64,000 nt of DNA from Marinicella sp. (lineage in GTDB: Bacteria > Pseudomonadota > Gammaproteobacteria > Xanthomonadales > Marinicellaceae). This document shows, piece by piece, positions 23,627 to 34,300 of the stretch; within the stretch, counting starts at the first letter, position 1; each line of letters begins with the position of its first letter. The DNA lies in assembly GCA_965230295.1 (NCBI GenBank), contig OZ246001.1, positions 2,176,001 through 2,240,000 of the forward strand, read 5' to 3'. Both the position numbers and the translations under genes were made by a program. The notes under the pieces are model-generated. The model saw only the letters and a list, made by a program, of their open reading frames with translations, was not told where the DNA came from and did no database searches.

Positions 23627-24118
23627 TCAGTATTCTGTTTTATCGGTTTTGGCTGCCCAGGCTTGAAACACCTCTAAGGCATCGGCTTGTGCCACTTGTT
23701 CAAAAGGTATTTGCCGGTGTTCAATGTGGGCATCAATTTCATCATAAATGAACTGGTCATCAAAAGCGATGTCAGCCGCATCATGCCGGTCACAACCATA
23801 ATACACCTTTTTGGGTCTGGCCCAATAAATGGCACCCAGGCACATGGGACAGGGTTCACAAGAGGTGTAAATCACACAATCGTCTAATTGGAAAGTTCCC
23901 AATTTTTCACAGGCGAGTCGGATGGCTGTGACTTCAGCATGTGCAGTGGGGTCATTGGTTGAAGTGACTCTGTTCCAGCCTTCGGCAATGATCTCATTGT
24001 CTTTGACTACCAAAGCACCAAAAGGCCCCCCGGCGCCACTGTCCATGCCAGTTCGAGCCAATTCAATGGCTCGCTGCATAAAAACTTGGTGTTGATCTTT
24101 TTTAATCTTTACATTCAT
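23627..24118 (-). CDS. Guanine/nucleoside deaminase (cytidine deaminase-like family)
   Basis: GGPFGA, NDPTAHAEV, SCEPCPMCLGAIYWAR, FDDQFIY as in B. subtilis-type GuaD. Confidence 0.9.
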   Translation of the reverse strand: MNVKIKKDQHQVFMQRAIELARTGMDSGAGGPFGALVVKDNEIIAEGWNRVTSTNDPTAHAEVTAIRLACEKLGTFQLDDCVIYTSCEPCPMCLGAIYWARPKKVYYGCDRHDAADIAFDDQFIYDEIDAHIEHRQIPFEQVAQADALEVFQAWAAKTDKTEY

Positions 24119-24169
24119 ACCGCTATCATAAATTGAAGCGGCATGAATTCAAGTCTTTATTCTTAACTA

Positions 24170-24383
24170 AGGAATGTTCTTGGGGCTTCATTCACTTTTG
24201 TTCCAGACAAAAGTGAAAACGACCACGGTTTACGGCATTCACCCGTTACTTCTTTGCCATTGGCAAAACCGTAACGAATTCATTGCCTAACCTGCGAACA
24301 TGACTTGCTACCTCGCGCTCTTCGCCTCTGATTCGCTATGCTCACCAACCGGCTCGGCGGGTCAAGCTGCTCAGCAGCTTTCC
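24170..24383. repeat. Dispersed structured intergenic element, copy B (with a different internal cassette)
   Basis: Same scaffold blocks as 2884-3151. Carries an extra 66 nt at ~24229-24294 and lacks both cassettes of copy A. Confidence 0.93.
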
Positions 24384-25084
24384 TATGGAGGAGGTGTGTC
24401 GTGGCCATCGGCAAAGATCAAATCAGGTTTATCGGCCACTGTAATGTCATCGATGCTCCAGAAATACTCAAAATTCCCCGTCCATGACCACCGCATGGTG
24501 ACATCGGACTGGCCAGCAGCCACAGCACTGATGTCGAATGAATGCTTGGTTGGGTTGAACGACCATCGTACTGTGGGTGGAGCTGGAGAACCCGTGACTA
24601 AATCGGGGTAGGGGTTGTAAGTGGTCCAGTTTTGGCCGCCATCATTACTGACTTCAAACACAGCATTGTTAAGGGGGGCTATGGTATATGCACCGATGAA
24701 CCCTTCAAATTCAACATTCACTGAAGTTGCTGCGGACAAGTCCAATGTATCGGCTGTTAATACGCTGACATGGGTTATGTTGCCATAGATGTCAGAATCT
24801 AAAGTAACGAATCCATTGTTGGCTGTGGTTGATGCAAAAGGTCCCTGATCATTCAATGCATCATCCCACAGGGGTGGGCAGCCTCCGGTTGAGCCACCGC
24901 CTTGCCCGGCTGCAGGATCATCGCACCAAGTCCACAAAGCATTGTTCGGTGATGTGTCTTCATTGGTCCAGCCTGCAGGTATGCCATTAGCAAAGTCTTC
25001 CTGGTAATAGATTTCTCGAGCTTGACTTGCTGATGTGACTGCCATAAGTAACATGGCTGCATGAAGTTTGTTGTGTTTGTACAT
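24383..25084 (-). CDS. Secreted jelly-roll (MAM/cleaved-adhesin-like) domain protein with C-terminal DLIFADG motif
   Basis: Signal peptide; EDFANGIPAGW...LDLS...VSNDGGQNW...FDIS...WSIDDITV pattern; AGGAGG RBS. Confidence 0.75.
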   Translation of the reverse strand: MYKHNKLHAAMLLMAVTSASQAREIYYQEDFANGIPAGWTNEDTSPNNALWTWCDDPAAGQGGGSTGGCPPLWDDALNDQGPFASTTANNGFVTLDSDIYGNITHVSVLTADTLDLSAATSVNVEFEGFIGAYTIAPLNNAVFEVSNDGGQNWTTYNPYPDLVTGSPAPPTVRWSFNPTKHSFDISAVAAGQSDVTMRWSWTGNFEYFWSIDDITVADKPDLIFADGHDTPPP

Positions 25085-25314
25085 TTAAAAAAGCCTCCTA
25101 ATAAATCATCCTGGTAAAGAATGAGGTGTTTGAATATCGGTATATAAAGCGTAATCGAAGGCCAAATCCGTCAAAATAATTTTAAGTCATCCACGATTCT
25201 CTGATTGACCAGTCTCTTAGATTCTATAGAACAGATTGTTATGGTCTGAAAATTGGAATAACAATTCATCATCAATTTGCTATACTGAGTTCGAATTTAA
25301 ACCAGTGGTAAGCT

Positions 25315-26451
25315 ATGACAATAACCGTAGGCTTTGTAAAAGAGCGTGAAGAGGATGAGGTTCGGGTGGCATTGGTGCCTGAAACTGCTGAAAAAATATT
25401 AAAACTGGGTTGGCAGGTGTTGTTTGAGCCTGATGCCGGAGAATCGGCAGGTTTCCCAAATGCGGCCTATCCTGATATGTGCCAAATGGCCAAAACCCGC
25501 AATGATGTTTTGAATGCAGCCGATGTGTTGGTGGGTGTGGATGCACTTACAGCCGCAGACATGGATGAGTTGAAAAATGAATCGGTGGTGATTGGTATGG
25601 TGTCACCCTATGCAGATCAAACTCGTTTCGATCAGGCAGCAGCCAAAGGCATCACGGTGTTTTCAATGGAACTCATTCCCAGGACTACCCGAGCACAAGC
25701 CATGGATGTGTTGTCATCGCAAGCTTCTGTGGCAGGATACAAAGCGGTGTTGTTGGCAGCCAGTGAAGCGCCACGATTTTTCCCCATGCTGACCACAGCG
25801 GCAGGTACCATCAGACCCGCATCGGTGTTGGTGATTGGTGCAGGTGTGGCGGGTTTACAGGCCATGGCCACAGCCCGGAGGTTAGGTGCCAATGTCACCG
25901 GTTATGATGTCAGACCTGAAACGGTTGAACAGGTTAAATCTTTGGGTGCCAAGTTCTTGGACCTTGGGGTAGAAGCGGTGGGTGAAGGCGGTTATGCCAG
26001 GGCCTTGACCGATGAAGAAAAGCTCACTCAACAACAGAATTTAGCCAAACATTTAACTGCTGTGGATGTGTTGATCACCACAGCAGCGGTGCCAGGCAGA
26101 CCAGCGCCACGCATCATCACTGCAGACATGGTCAACGACATGAAGGCCGGCAGTGTGATCGTCGATTTGGGTGCCGAAGGTGGTGGTAACTGTGAACCAA
26201 CAGAAGCTGGTGTCACCAAAGTGGTCAATAATGTCAAAGTCATTGGTCCGAAAAACCTGTCTGCCACGGTTCCATTACACGCCAGCGAAATGTATTCGCG
26301 AAATGTGTGGAATTTGTTGTCCTTGATGAATAACGAAGGTGAATTCACATTGAATTGGGAAGACGATATTTTAGCAGGTTCCGCTGTAACCCGAGATGGT
26401 GCGGTGGTTCATCCAGCTGTGGTTGGTGAAAAAGAAGGAGAGAAATCATGA
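25315..26451 (+). CDS. pntAA: NAD(P) transhydrogenase alpha subunit part 1 (domain I)
   Basis: RVALVP, RAQAMDVLSSQ, VIGAGVAGLQA, EGGYA, GGNCE. Confidence 0.95.
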   Translation: MTITVGFVKEREEDEVRVALVPETAEKILKLGWQVLFEPDAGESAGFPNAAYPDMCQMAKTRNDVLNAADVLVGVDALTAADMDELKNESVVIGMVSPYADQTRFDQAAAKGITVFSMELIPRTTRAQAMDVLSSQASVAGYKAVLLAASEAPRFFPMLTTAAGTIRPASVLVIGAGVAGLQAMATARRLGANVTGYDVRPETVEQVKSLGAKFLDLGVEAVGEGGYARALTDEEKLTQQQNLAKHLTAVDVLITTAAVPGRPAPRIITADMVNDMKAGSVIVDLGAEGGGNCEPTEAGVTKVVNNVKVIGPKNLSATVPLHASEMYSRNVWNLLSLMNNEGEFTLNWEDDILAGSAVTRDGAVVHPAVVGEKEGEKS

Positions 26452-26759
26452 TTGACGGTTTTATTGCACTGTATATTTTCGCGCTGGCCGCGATCTTGGG
26501 ATTTGAGATCATCCGTAAGGTGCCGGTGATCCTGCACACCCCTTTGATGTCAGGATCCAACTTCATTCACGGTATTGTGTTGGTTGGTGCGATGATTGCC
26601 CTGGGGCATGCCGATACCACATTGGAAAAAGTGTTTGGATTCATTGCAGTTTTCTTAGGCGCCGGCAACGCAGCAGGCGGTTATGTGGTGACTGAACGCA
26701 TGTTGGAAATGTTCAAACCGCGCAAGAAAAAAGAAGACAATGATGGAGAAGGCTCATGA
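26448..26759 (+). CDS. pntAB: NAD(P) transhydrogenase alpha subunit part 2
   Basis: VPVILHTPLMSGSNFIHG, GGYVVTERMLEMF. Confidence 0.95.
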   Translation: MIDGFIALYIFALAAILGFEIIRKVPVILHTPLMSGSNFIHGIVLVGAMIALGHADTTLEKVFGFIAVFLGAGNAAGGYVVTERMLEMFKPRKKKEDNDGEGS

Positions 26760-28189
26760 TGGATACCATTCAAGAATACTTGCCAACCTTGATCAAGGCT
26801 TCCTATTTTCTGGCAGCGATCTTGTTCATCACCGGCTTGCGTCGCATGAGTGCACCGGCCACGGCTCGCGGTGGCATTGTCTGGGCTGGCCTGGGCATGT
26901 TGATTGCTACTGTGGCGACCTTCCTGTTGCCTGATATGCACAACATGCTGTTGATCATTGCTGCTTTGGTTTCTTCGACCATTCTGGCTTGGGTCAGTGG
27001 TAAGAAAGTAGCGATGACTGACATGCCACAAATGGTGGCTCTTTATAATGGTATGGGTGGTGGTTCTGCTGCCTTTATTGGTGCCATGGCTTTGTTCAAT
27101 GCCGTGGATCACATGGGTGGTTGTGCTGCCGGAACCATTGTTGATACCGCCACTACGCACGATTGTTTGGGTGGTGTCAGCATGGTCTTCGCCATTGTGG
27201 GTGTTTACATTGGTGCCATCTCTCTGAGTGGCTCTTTGATTGCCTTTGGTAAATTACAAGGCTGGATCGATAAGCGCTATACCTTCCCGGGACAAAACTT
27301 TTTCAATGGAGTGGTGGGTGTAGCGACATTGGGACTGGGTTTGTATTTAACCCAGGACCTCAACCCTCAATACATCTGGATTTTCTTTGGTTTGTCACTG
27401 TTGTTAGGTGTCTTGATGACTTTGCCGATTGGTGGGGCCGATATGCCCGTGGTGATTTCTTTGTACAATGCCTTCACTGGTTTGGCCGTGTCGTTTGAAG
27501 GTTTTGTGTTGCAAAACGAAGCGATGATCATCGCCGGCATGCTGGTGGGTGCCGCTGGTACACTGCTGACCCAGGAAATGGCCAAAGCCATGAATCGCTC
27601 GCTCGCATCGGTGTTGTTTGGTTCAATGGGTGGATCGGGAGGATCGGCCATCGAAGGCGAGATGAAAGAAATCGAAGCCCAGGATGCCGGTATTCAAATG
27701 GCATTTGCTGACCGCGTGATCATCATTCCCGGTTACGGTATGGCCGTGGCTCAAGCCCAGCATAAGTTGTGGGAAATGACCCAAATCCTGTTAGACAAGG
27801 GCGTTGATGTCAAATTTGCCATCCATCCAGTGGCAGGGCGGATGCCGGGTCACATGAATGTGCTGTTGGCAGAAGCGGGAGTACCCTATGACCTGATTGA
27901 AGACATGGAAGACATCAACTCACAGTTCACACAAACCGATGTGGCTTTGGTGATTGGTGCCAACGATGTGGTTAACCCGGTGGCCAAAACCGACCCGGAA
28001 AGCCCCATATACGGCATGCCCATCTTGAATGTTGATGAAGCGAAAAACTCCATCGTCATCAAACGGGGCAAAGGTACCGGTTTTGCTGGCATCCAAAATG
28101 CCTTGTTCTTCGCCGATAACAACAAAATGTTGTATGGTGATGCGCAAGATGCCATTGCCAAGTTGATTCAGGGTTTGAAGGCATTGTAA
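26756..28189 (+). CDS. pntB: NAD(P) transhydrogenase beta subunit
   Basis: MPQMVALYNG, PIGGADMPVVISL, PGYGMAVAQAQH, HPVAGRMPGHMNVLLAEA, GANDVVNP. Confidence 0.97.
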   Translation: MMDTIQEYLPTLIKASYFLAAILFITGLRRMSAPATARGGIVWAGLGMLIATVATFLLPDMHNMLLIIAALVSSTILAWVSGKKVAMTDMPQMVALYNGMGGGSAAFIGAMALFNAVDHMGGCAAGTIVDTATTHDCLGGVSMVFAIVGVYIGAISLSGSLIAFGKLQGWIDKRYTFPGQNFFNGVVGVATLGLGLYLTQDLNPQYIWIFFGLSLLLGVLMTLPIGGADMPVVISLYNAFTGLAVSFEGFVLQNEAMIIAGMLVGAAGTLLTQEMAKAMNRSLASVLFGSMGGSGGSAIEGEMKEIEAQDAGIQMAFADRVIIIPGYGMAVAQAQHKLWEMTQILLDKGVDVKFAIHPVAGRMPGHMNVLLAEAGVPYDLIEDMEDINSQFTQTDVALVIGANDVVNPVAKTDPESPIYGMPILNVDEAKNSIVIKRGKGTGFAGIQNALFFADNNKMLYGDAQDAIAKLIQGLKAL

Positions 28190-28194
28190 TTTCT

Positions 28195-28233
28195 ACCGTC
28201 GCAGTGGCTAAAATTGCCACTGCGACGGTTTTT
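28195..28233 (+). terminator. Intrinsic terminator after pntB
   Basis: 14-bp stem ACCGTCGCAGTGGC/GCCACTGCGACGGT followed by T's. Confidence 0.85.
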
Positions 28234-28235
28234 AA

Positions 28236-29771
28236 TCACATCAAATTAAATTCAATGCGGAAAATGTGTTGGTTGTTGATGTGTAGGTATTCTAAGGTGG
28301 CGTGGTTGTCCTCGCACAATTGACGACAGATATGCAGCCCCAAACCCGTACCCCGGTTGTGGGTGGTAAAAAAAGGTTCAAACAGGTTTTTGCGTTTTTT
28401 CTCATCAAACGCTTGACCATTGTTCCTGAATTCCAGGGTTTCATCCCTCACGATCATTTTGACCTGATTGTCTTCGCCATGTTTGATGGCGTTAGAGGCC
28501 AGGTTCCAGACCACCTGTTTGAAATGGTCTGGATCGAATTCAACCGAAGCACCTCTGGAGGCAATGATTTGTACCTGGTTACTTTCAGCCAGCCCTTGGT
28601 CTATCAACTGTATCTTGACCATGTCGAGGAAATCGGCGATGAACAAAGTTTCCGGTTCTGCTGTTTTGCGTTTGGACATTTCCAGAATGTCTTCAATGAT
28701 CAGGTTGGCTCGGCGGATTTGGTTGACGATGATTTCACTGATTTGTTTGTCTTGATCGTGCAAGTCTGGTGATTCCACCAACAATTCGGCAGCGGTGTTG
28801 ATGGCCGCCAGCGGGTTGCGGATCTCATGAGCGATGGAGCTGGATAATTTACCCAGAGAAGCAAGATTTAATTGTTGGGCCGCTTTTTTCAAGTAACTGG
28901 AATCTTCAATGAACAACACCCCAAAACTTTTTTCCTCGGTGACAGAGGCTTTGCGCAAGTACAAATCACTGCCATGAGGTCCCTGGAAGACCGCCCCGTC
29001 CTTATTACTGGTGATGTACTCGGCGATTTCGTCAGGGAAAAAAATGATGTCATCCATGCCCAGCATTTTTTTGGCTGATTGGTTGGCATGTAAGATGACA
29101 TTGTCGTTTTGATAAATAATCACACCATTGGTTAATTTATCAATGATGATTTGGTTCATGTTTTCCAAACCGGAGATGGTTTGTCTTTGGCTTTTGTATA
29201 ACTGCAGTGTGCTGGTGTATGAAATGGTTTGTCTGATACCCAATAATGCAATCACAAAATAACCCAATGCATGCAGCAGTCGACTGGAATCGGTGACCAC
29301 TTCTTGTTGGCTGAAGTCCATCAAAACGGGTAACCACCACAACAGGATTGTGGCCGTGGTTGGAGCCAACAGGATGGTCCAAGACTGGCGGAATAAAATA
29401 GCTGCAGACCCAATGGCCAAAACTGGAATGATGGCCAAGCCTTGAGAGAACCCACTGGTGGCATATGCCAGATAGATCAGTACAAACAAATCCAAAAATA
29501 AGGTGAGTTTACTGATTTTAATGACTTGCTCTTGTTGGCTGACAAAGGTGATCAGCATCAAGGCAATGGACAGCACCAAATAAACATCTACAAAATACCT
29601 GACCAATTGGTGAAAGTTTGATATCGGGAAAAGGTTAGCCAGCCATTCATTGTTCAACAAAATGAAAAAAAACAGGCTGACAAACAGCCTGAATAAATTC
29701 AAGTACCTGAGATTTTTTTTCTCTAGCTGTAACAGCTTTTCTTGGTCGTCATTGCGTATCATTTGTATCAA
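28236..29771 (-). CDS. PilS-like membrane sensor histidine kinase
   Basis: ~6 TM N-terminus, PAS-like region, AQQLNLASLGKLSSSIAHEIRNPL, LFEPFFTT..GTGLGLHICRQLC. Confidence 0.85.
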   Translation of the reverse strand: MIQMIRNDDQEKLLQLEKKNLRYLNLFRLFVSLFFFILLNNEWLANLFPISNFHQLVRYFVDVYLVLSIALMLITFVSQQEQVIKISKLTLFLDLFVLIYLAYATSGFSQGLAIIPVLAIGSAAILFRQSWTILLAPTTATILLWWLPVLMDFSQQEVVTDSSRLLHALGYFVIALLGIRQTISYTSTLQLYKSQRQTISGLENMNQIIIDKLTNGVIIYQNDNVILHANQSAKKMLGMDDIIFFPDEIAEYITSNKDGAVFQGPHGSDLYLRKASVTEEKSFGVLFIEDSSYLKKAAQQLNLASLGKLSSSIAHEIRNPLAAINTAAELLVESPDLHDQDKQISEIIVNQIRRANLIIEDILEMSKRKTAEPETLFIADFLDMVKIQLIDQGLAESNQVQIIASRGASVEFDPDHFKQVVWNLASNAIKHGEDNQVKMIVRDETLEFRNNGQAFDEKKRKNLFEPFFTTHNRGTGLGLHICRQLCEDNHATLEYLHINNQHIFRIEFNLM

Positions 29772-29780
29772 AGGGTTTGA

Positions 29781-31127
29781 TCAGTCATTAACCTGTGAAT
29801 AACTCAAGACACTGCTCTTGATTTGTTTCTCCCACTTTTGCTTGCCTTCTCGGTTGATGACTTTGATGTTGAGGCTGCGATCTGTTCTGGGCCCGGAAAA
29901 TGAGAATTTGCAATAATTGTGTTCATTGACTAAAGAGCCAGGAATTAATCTTGGGTTGTCAAGATCCCCTCCTGATTTGGATGAGTGGGTGCCGGCAGTT
30001 AATGGTGAACAAGTCATTTCATAAAGTGGATAGGCACCGGGGCGGTCAGCTCGCAACATTTCAGTGTGGTGTTTGTCACCACTGAGGAACATGACGCCTG
30101 GAATTTTATTGTCATCAAGCCACTGGATAAATGGATCGCGTTCATGGCGGTACTTATCCCAGCCTTCATAAGCATGGTGATCGTTCAGCATTTGCCCGCC
30201 ACCAACAATGATTTTAAAAGGAGCAAATGATCCCAACAATCCATTCTTAAGCCATTCAAGTTGTGCTTTGCCATAAAAAATTTTACCCGGGCCATCAGGC
30301 GCATTCTCATGTGATTTGTTGTACCGGTTGTCCATTAAAAAGAAATCAATGTCGTTGTAACTGACTTTGGTGAAAACTCCGTCTTGTTCTGGCATGCCGT
30401 AGCTGGGATTGGCCCAATAGTTTTTGAAAATGTTCAGTGCTTGTTCTTTAAAAATAAAATCAGAGCCGGAGTTGTTGGGGCCAAAATCATGGTCATCCCA
30501 AGTGGCATAATTAGCAAATTTATGCAAGACCGGCTGAAAAAAGGTTTGGCTGCGATCTCGAGTGACACGATATATTAGGCTTTGTGCGGCATCATAATCG
30601 ACTTCTCTGTAGTACCAATTGTCTCCCAACCACAACATCATCTCGGCATCTTCCTGGGCGATTTGGCTGAACATGGCCTCATGGCCGCTGCCATAAGGGG
30701 TGCCTGGTCTGTCGTAGACCTTCTCATTGATGAATGTACAGGAGCCAGCAAGGACTGAAAAATCAGGTGGGTCGGTGCGCCATTGCCACAAAGTTTGGGT
30801 GGTGAATTGGTAAACCGGTTTGTTTTTTTGCTTTTTACCATTGATGGCGATGTGGTATTGGTAGGTGGTTCCGGGTTCTAAACGGATTAATTTGAACGTG
30901 TGGGTGTTGCCATAGTTCTGATTCACTTTGGCGCTGATTGTTTGTTTGTTCTTTTCTTCTCCTGTTGCCCAGTATGTGATGGAAACCTCACCAGCCGTCT
31001 CGGATTGGACCCAGATGTTGGCGGCCCTGAGTGCCACATGACCCAGCATGGGACCTGCCGAAAGTTGATTGGTATGAGCGGCTTGTACGAAACACAAGGT
31101 AAATAAGAGCAGAATTTTTTTCATCAT
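29781..31127 (-). CDS. phoD: Alkaline phosphatase D family protein
   Basis: GPMLGH, LAGSC, WLGDNWY, TWDDHDFG, MDNRY, FLSGDKHH. Confidence 0.9.
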   Translation of the reverse strand: MMKKILLLFTLCFVQAAHTNQLSAGPMLGHVALRAANIWVQSETAGEVSITYWATGEEKNKQTISAKVNQNYGNTHTFKLIRLEPGTTYQYHIAINGKKQKNKPVYQFTTQTLWQWRTDPPDFSVLAGSCTFINEKVYDRPGTPYGSGHEAMFSQIAQEDAEMMLWLGDNWYYREVDYDAAQSLIYRVTRDRSQTFFQPVLHKFANYATWDDHDFGPNNSGSDFIFKEQALNIFKNYWANPSYGMPEQDGVFTKVSYNDIDFFLMDNRYNKSHENAPDGPGKIFYGKAQLEWLKNGLLGSFAPFKIIVGGGQMLNDHHAYEGWDKYRHERDPFIQWLDDNKIPGVMFLSGDKHHTEMLRADRPGAYPLYEMTCSPLTAGTHSSKSGGDLDNPRLIPGSLVNEHNYCKFSFSGPRTDRSLNIKVINREGKQKWEKQIKSSVLSYSQVND

Positions 31128-31309
31128 TTAAATGTTACACTTTTTAACGGAATCTTCACAAAACACTTTTACCATACGCCTTCATGTGAGAAAATACGAA
31201 GTGGATTTTTTCAGAGAGACTTAATATACGCGTCAATTACATCAAACGTTCGTTTAACTGGTGTGCTTGCGTCTTCAAGTCATTATGTTTATTTAAATAG
31301 GTTTTTGCA

Positions 31310-34300
31310 ATGAGAAATATGAAACAAGTTAAATGGATGGTTGCGGTATTGATGATCGCAGTTTTACCATGGGGTGTTACATTGGCTCAGGAAACGTCAG
31401 CCTCGATCAACGGTACCATTGTTGATTCGAATGGCAATGTGTTGTCTGGTGCCACGGTAATCGTTACCCACGAGCCCACAGGTCAGGTTAAAACATTGAC
31501 CACTAATGACTCTGGTCGTTACTCTGCACGTGGTTTGCGTGTTGGTGGTCCTTACAACATTGAAGTCAGAAATTCTGGTTATTCTGATGCTGAAGAAAGT
31601 AATATTTTCATCAAATTGGGTGAAGACAGAAAACTCAATGCTGTTTTGGTTGAAGATGCCATAGCATTAGATACTGTGACCGCCGTAGGTGTCGCTGCTC
31701 AGTCTGCCACTTTCAATCCTGACAACATGGGATCAGGGTCTAGTTTTTCACAAGATCAAATTACCAACTTACCTACAGTTGATCGTGACATCAAAGACTA
31801 TGTCCGTTTGGATTCACGCGTTAACTTGAAAGATCAGGGCTTTGATAGGGAAGGTATTTCTGTGTCGGGGGTAAACAACAGATTCAATAACATATCCATT
31901 GATGGCGTTGCAATTGGCGATCCATTTGGTTTGGAAGCAGGTGGTTCTCCCGGTTTGTCACAACCATTTTCTTTAGACACCATTCAAGAATTGAATGTAC
32001 AGTTATCTCCGTATGATGTGACTTTAGGTAACTTCACTGGTGCCAACATCAATGCCATTACTAAATCTGGAACGAATGAGTTTACAGGCAGAGTTTCTGG
32101 TTTTTATGGTAATGAAGATTTGCAACGAGATGACGCTGATTTCACCAAAGAAATTTACTCAGTTAGCGTTGGTGGACCGATAGTGAAAGATAAGTTGTTT
32201 TACTTTCTGTCCTACGAAAAAGAAGAAACCACTACATTGGCGCCCATAACGGACATTGATACTTCTCAGGTTCAGCAAATTGCTGACATTGCATTGAATA
32301 CATGGGGTTTTGACGCTGGAACTTTTAATCCTCCCTCTGATCTGGTGACTGAAGAAGAATCAGTCATTTTAAAAATAGATTGGAACATCAATGATTACCA
32401 CCGAGCTTCATTTAAGTACCAAAACAATGAAGACAGCCAGCCGGTTTTTCCAGATTTTAACCGCACAAGAGCTGCCTTGAGCTCCCACTGGTATTCTAAT
32501 AATTTTGAAAACACGTCCTATAATTTGAATTTATACAGTGACTGGACACCTAACTTCTCTACTGAGATTCGTGTATCTAATACAGAGTTCGATAAAGTTC
32601 CTGGATTGAACGCGCGTTTGCCAGAAGTTGAAATCAGGGGTATCAATGTACTTGATGATGATGGCAGTGTTGATGGAACGTTTGGCCGGGTTTATTTAGG
32701 TACTGAAGAGTTCCGTCATGCCAACACTCTGAATGCAGTAACAGATAATGTCTATATTGAAGGTGAGTACTTCATGGGTAACCACACTTTGACTTTTGGT
32801 GTGGATTGGCGTGAACAAGACTTAGATAACGTGTTCGTATTTTCTTCATTGGGTAAATACGTTTTTGATAACATTGAAGATTTCCAAAACGGCATCCATG
32901 ATTTTTACCAATACAGAATTGGTTCAGATCCAGCCAACCCGTTTCCAGGTGCAGATTGGGCTTGGAACAACACAGCATTGTTTATTCAGGATAACTGGAC
33001 TGTTAATGATCGTTTGACTTTACAGTTTGGTTTGAGGTTTGATAAGCCAGATACAGATGACCGTCCTCGGTTCAACCAAGAATTCAATGATGCATTCGGT
33101 TTTGCTAACAACGGTGTTGTGAGTGAGGGTACGTTGCAGCCAAGATTTGGTTTCAATTATGACATGTCTGACGAACGCTATATGCAGTTGCGTGGTGGTG
33201 TCGGTGTGTTTACAGGCGGTACACCCAATGTGTGGTTGTCTAACTCATTTACTAACACGGGTGGAGATGTCAATGTGTTCAGAGATTTTGGTACCCCAGG
33301 TATCTTCACACCTGATCCAGACAACCAACCAGTGTTTGAAGGTAACGCAACACAAGATGTTGACGTCCTGGATCCGGATTTCCAAATCCCTACCGTGTTG
33401 AAATCTAACATTGCTGTTGATGCAGAGTTACCCTGGTTTGGTTTGATCGGCTCGGTAGAGTTGGAATACATCAAAGCTCAAGATGCTGTGTTTTTCCAGC
33501 ATTTAAATCTGGGAGATCCCACAGGTACAGCACCTGATGGACGTCTTTCTTATTTATGTGACCCCAATGATTTTTCTAATCAACGAGGTGATGCAAGATG
33601 TAACAACAACGGTGACTTTAATGATGTGTTGTTCTTAACCAACACCAGCAAAGGCGAAACCAAACGTGCCACTGTAAGTTTGGAATTGCCTCAAACTGAA
33701 CATTGGTATGCCAAAGCGTCTTATACTTATACCGATGCCACAGAAGTGAGTGCTGGAACCTCTTCTCGTGCCATTTCAAACTGGAACAACACACCGGCAT
33801 TCAACCCCAATGAAGCACTGGTGGCGACATCAGCTTATGAGGTTGAAAATGCCTTCACATTCTTTGTGAACTACCAAAACATGTTCTTTGGTGATAACTA
33901 CACCAACATCGGTTTGGTGTGGATTTCTCAAGATGGCGAGCCATTCTCATACACTTTTGATGACACAGACTTTAACGGTGACGGTGTTGATGACAATGAC
34001 TTAGTCTATGTGCCTAACCCTGGTGAGTATGCCTTAACTTTAAATGGAGCGCCAGAAGGGGTTACATTGGACCAGTGGACAGCTCAATTTGAAGCATTCT
34101 TGAATTCTTCAGGTTTGGGTCAATACCGCGGCCGAGTAGCTGCTCGTAATGCGTTCAAGGCACCGAGGGTTAACACCTGGGATTTGAATGTGTCGCAAGA
34201 ATTGCCAGCTTGGGGCCCGGTAAGAGCCACCTTATTCTTCAATGTGAAGAACTTGGGTAACCTGCTTAACAGTGACTGGGGCAAGTCATTCGTTGGTGGA

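Noticed and set aside
24168-24385. Copy B as a classical TIR MITE with TA target duplication (TAAGGAA...TTCCTA)
   Set aside because: The inverted match is only 5 bp and is not preserved at the right end of copy A, which is too weak to call.
24300-24611. 103-aa plus-strand ORF
   Set aside because: It begins inside the repeat and is antisense to a well-supported secreted-protein gene.
25315-26759. pntA split as a frameshifted pseudogene
   Set aside because: pntAB has its own AGGAG RBS and ATGA coupling; the three-subunit transhydrogenase is a known natural arrangement.
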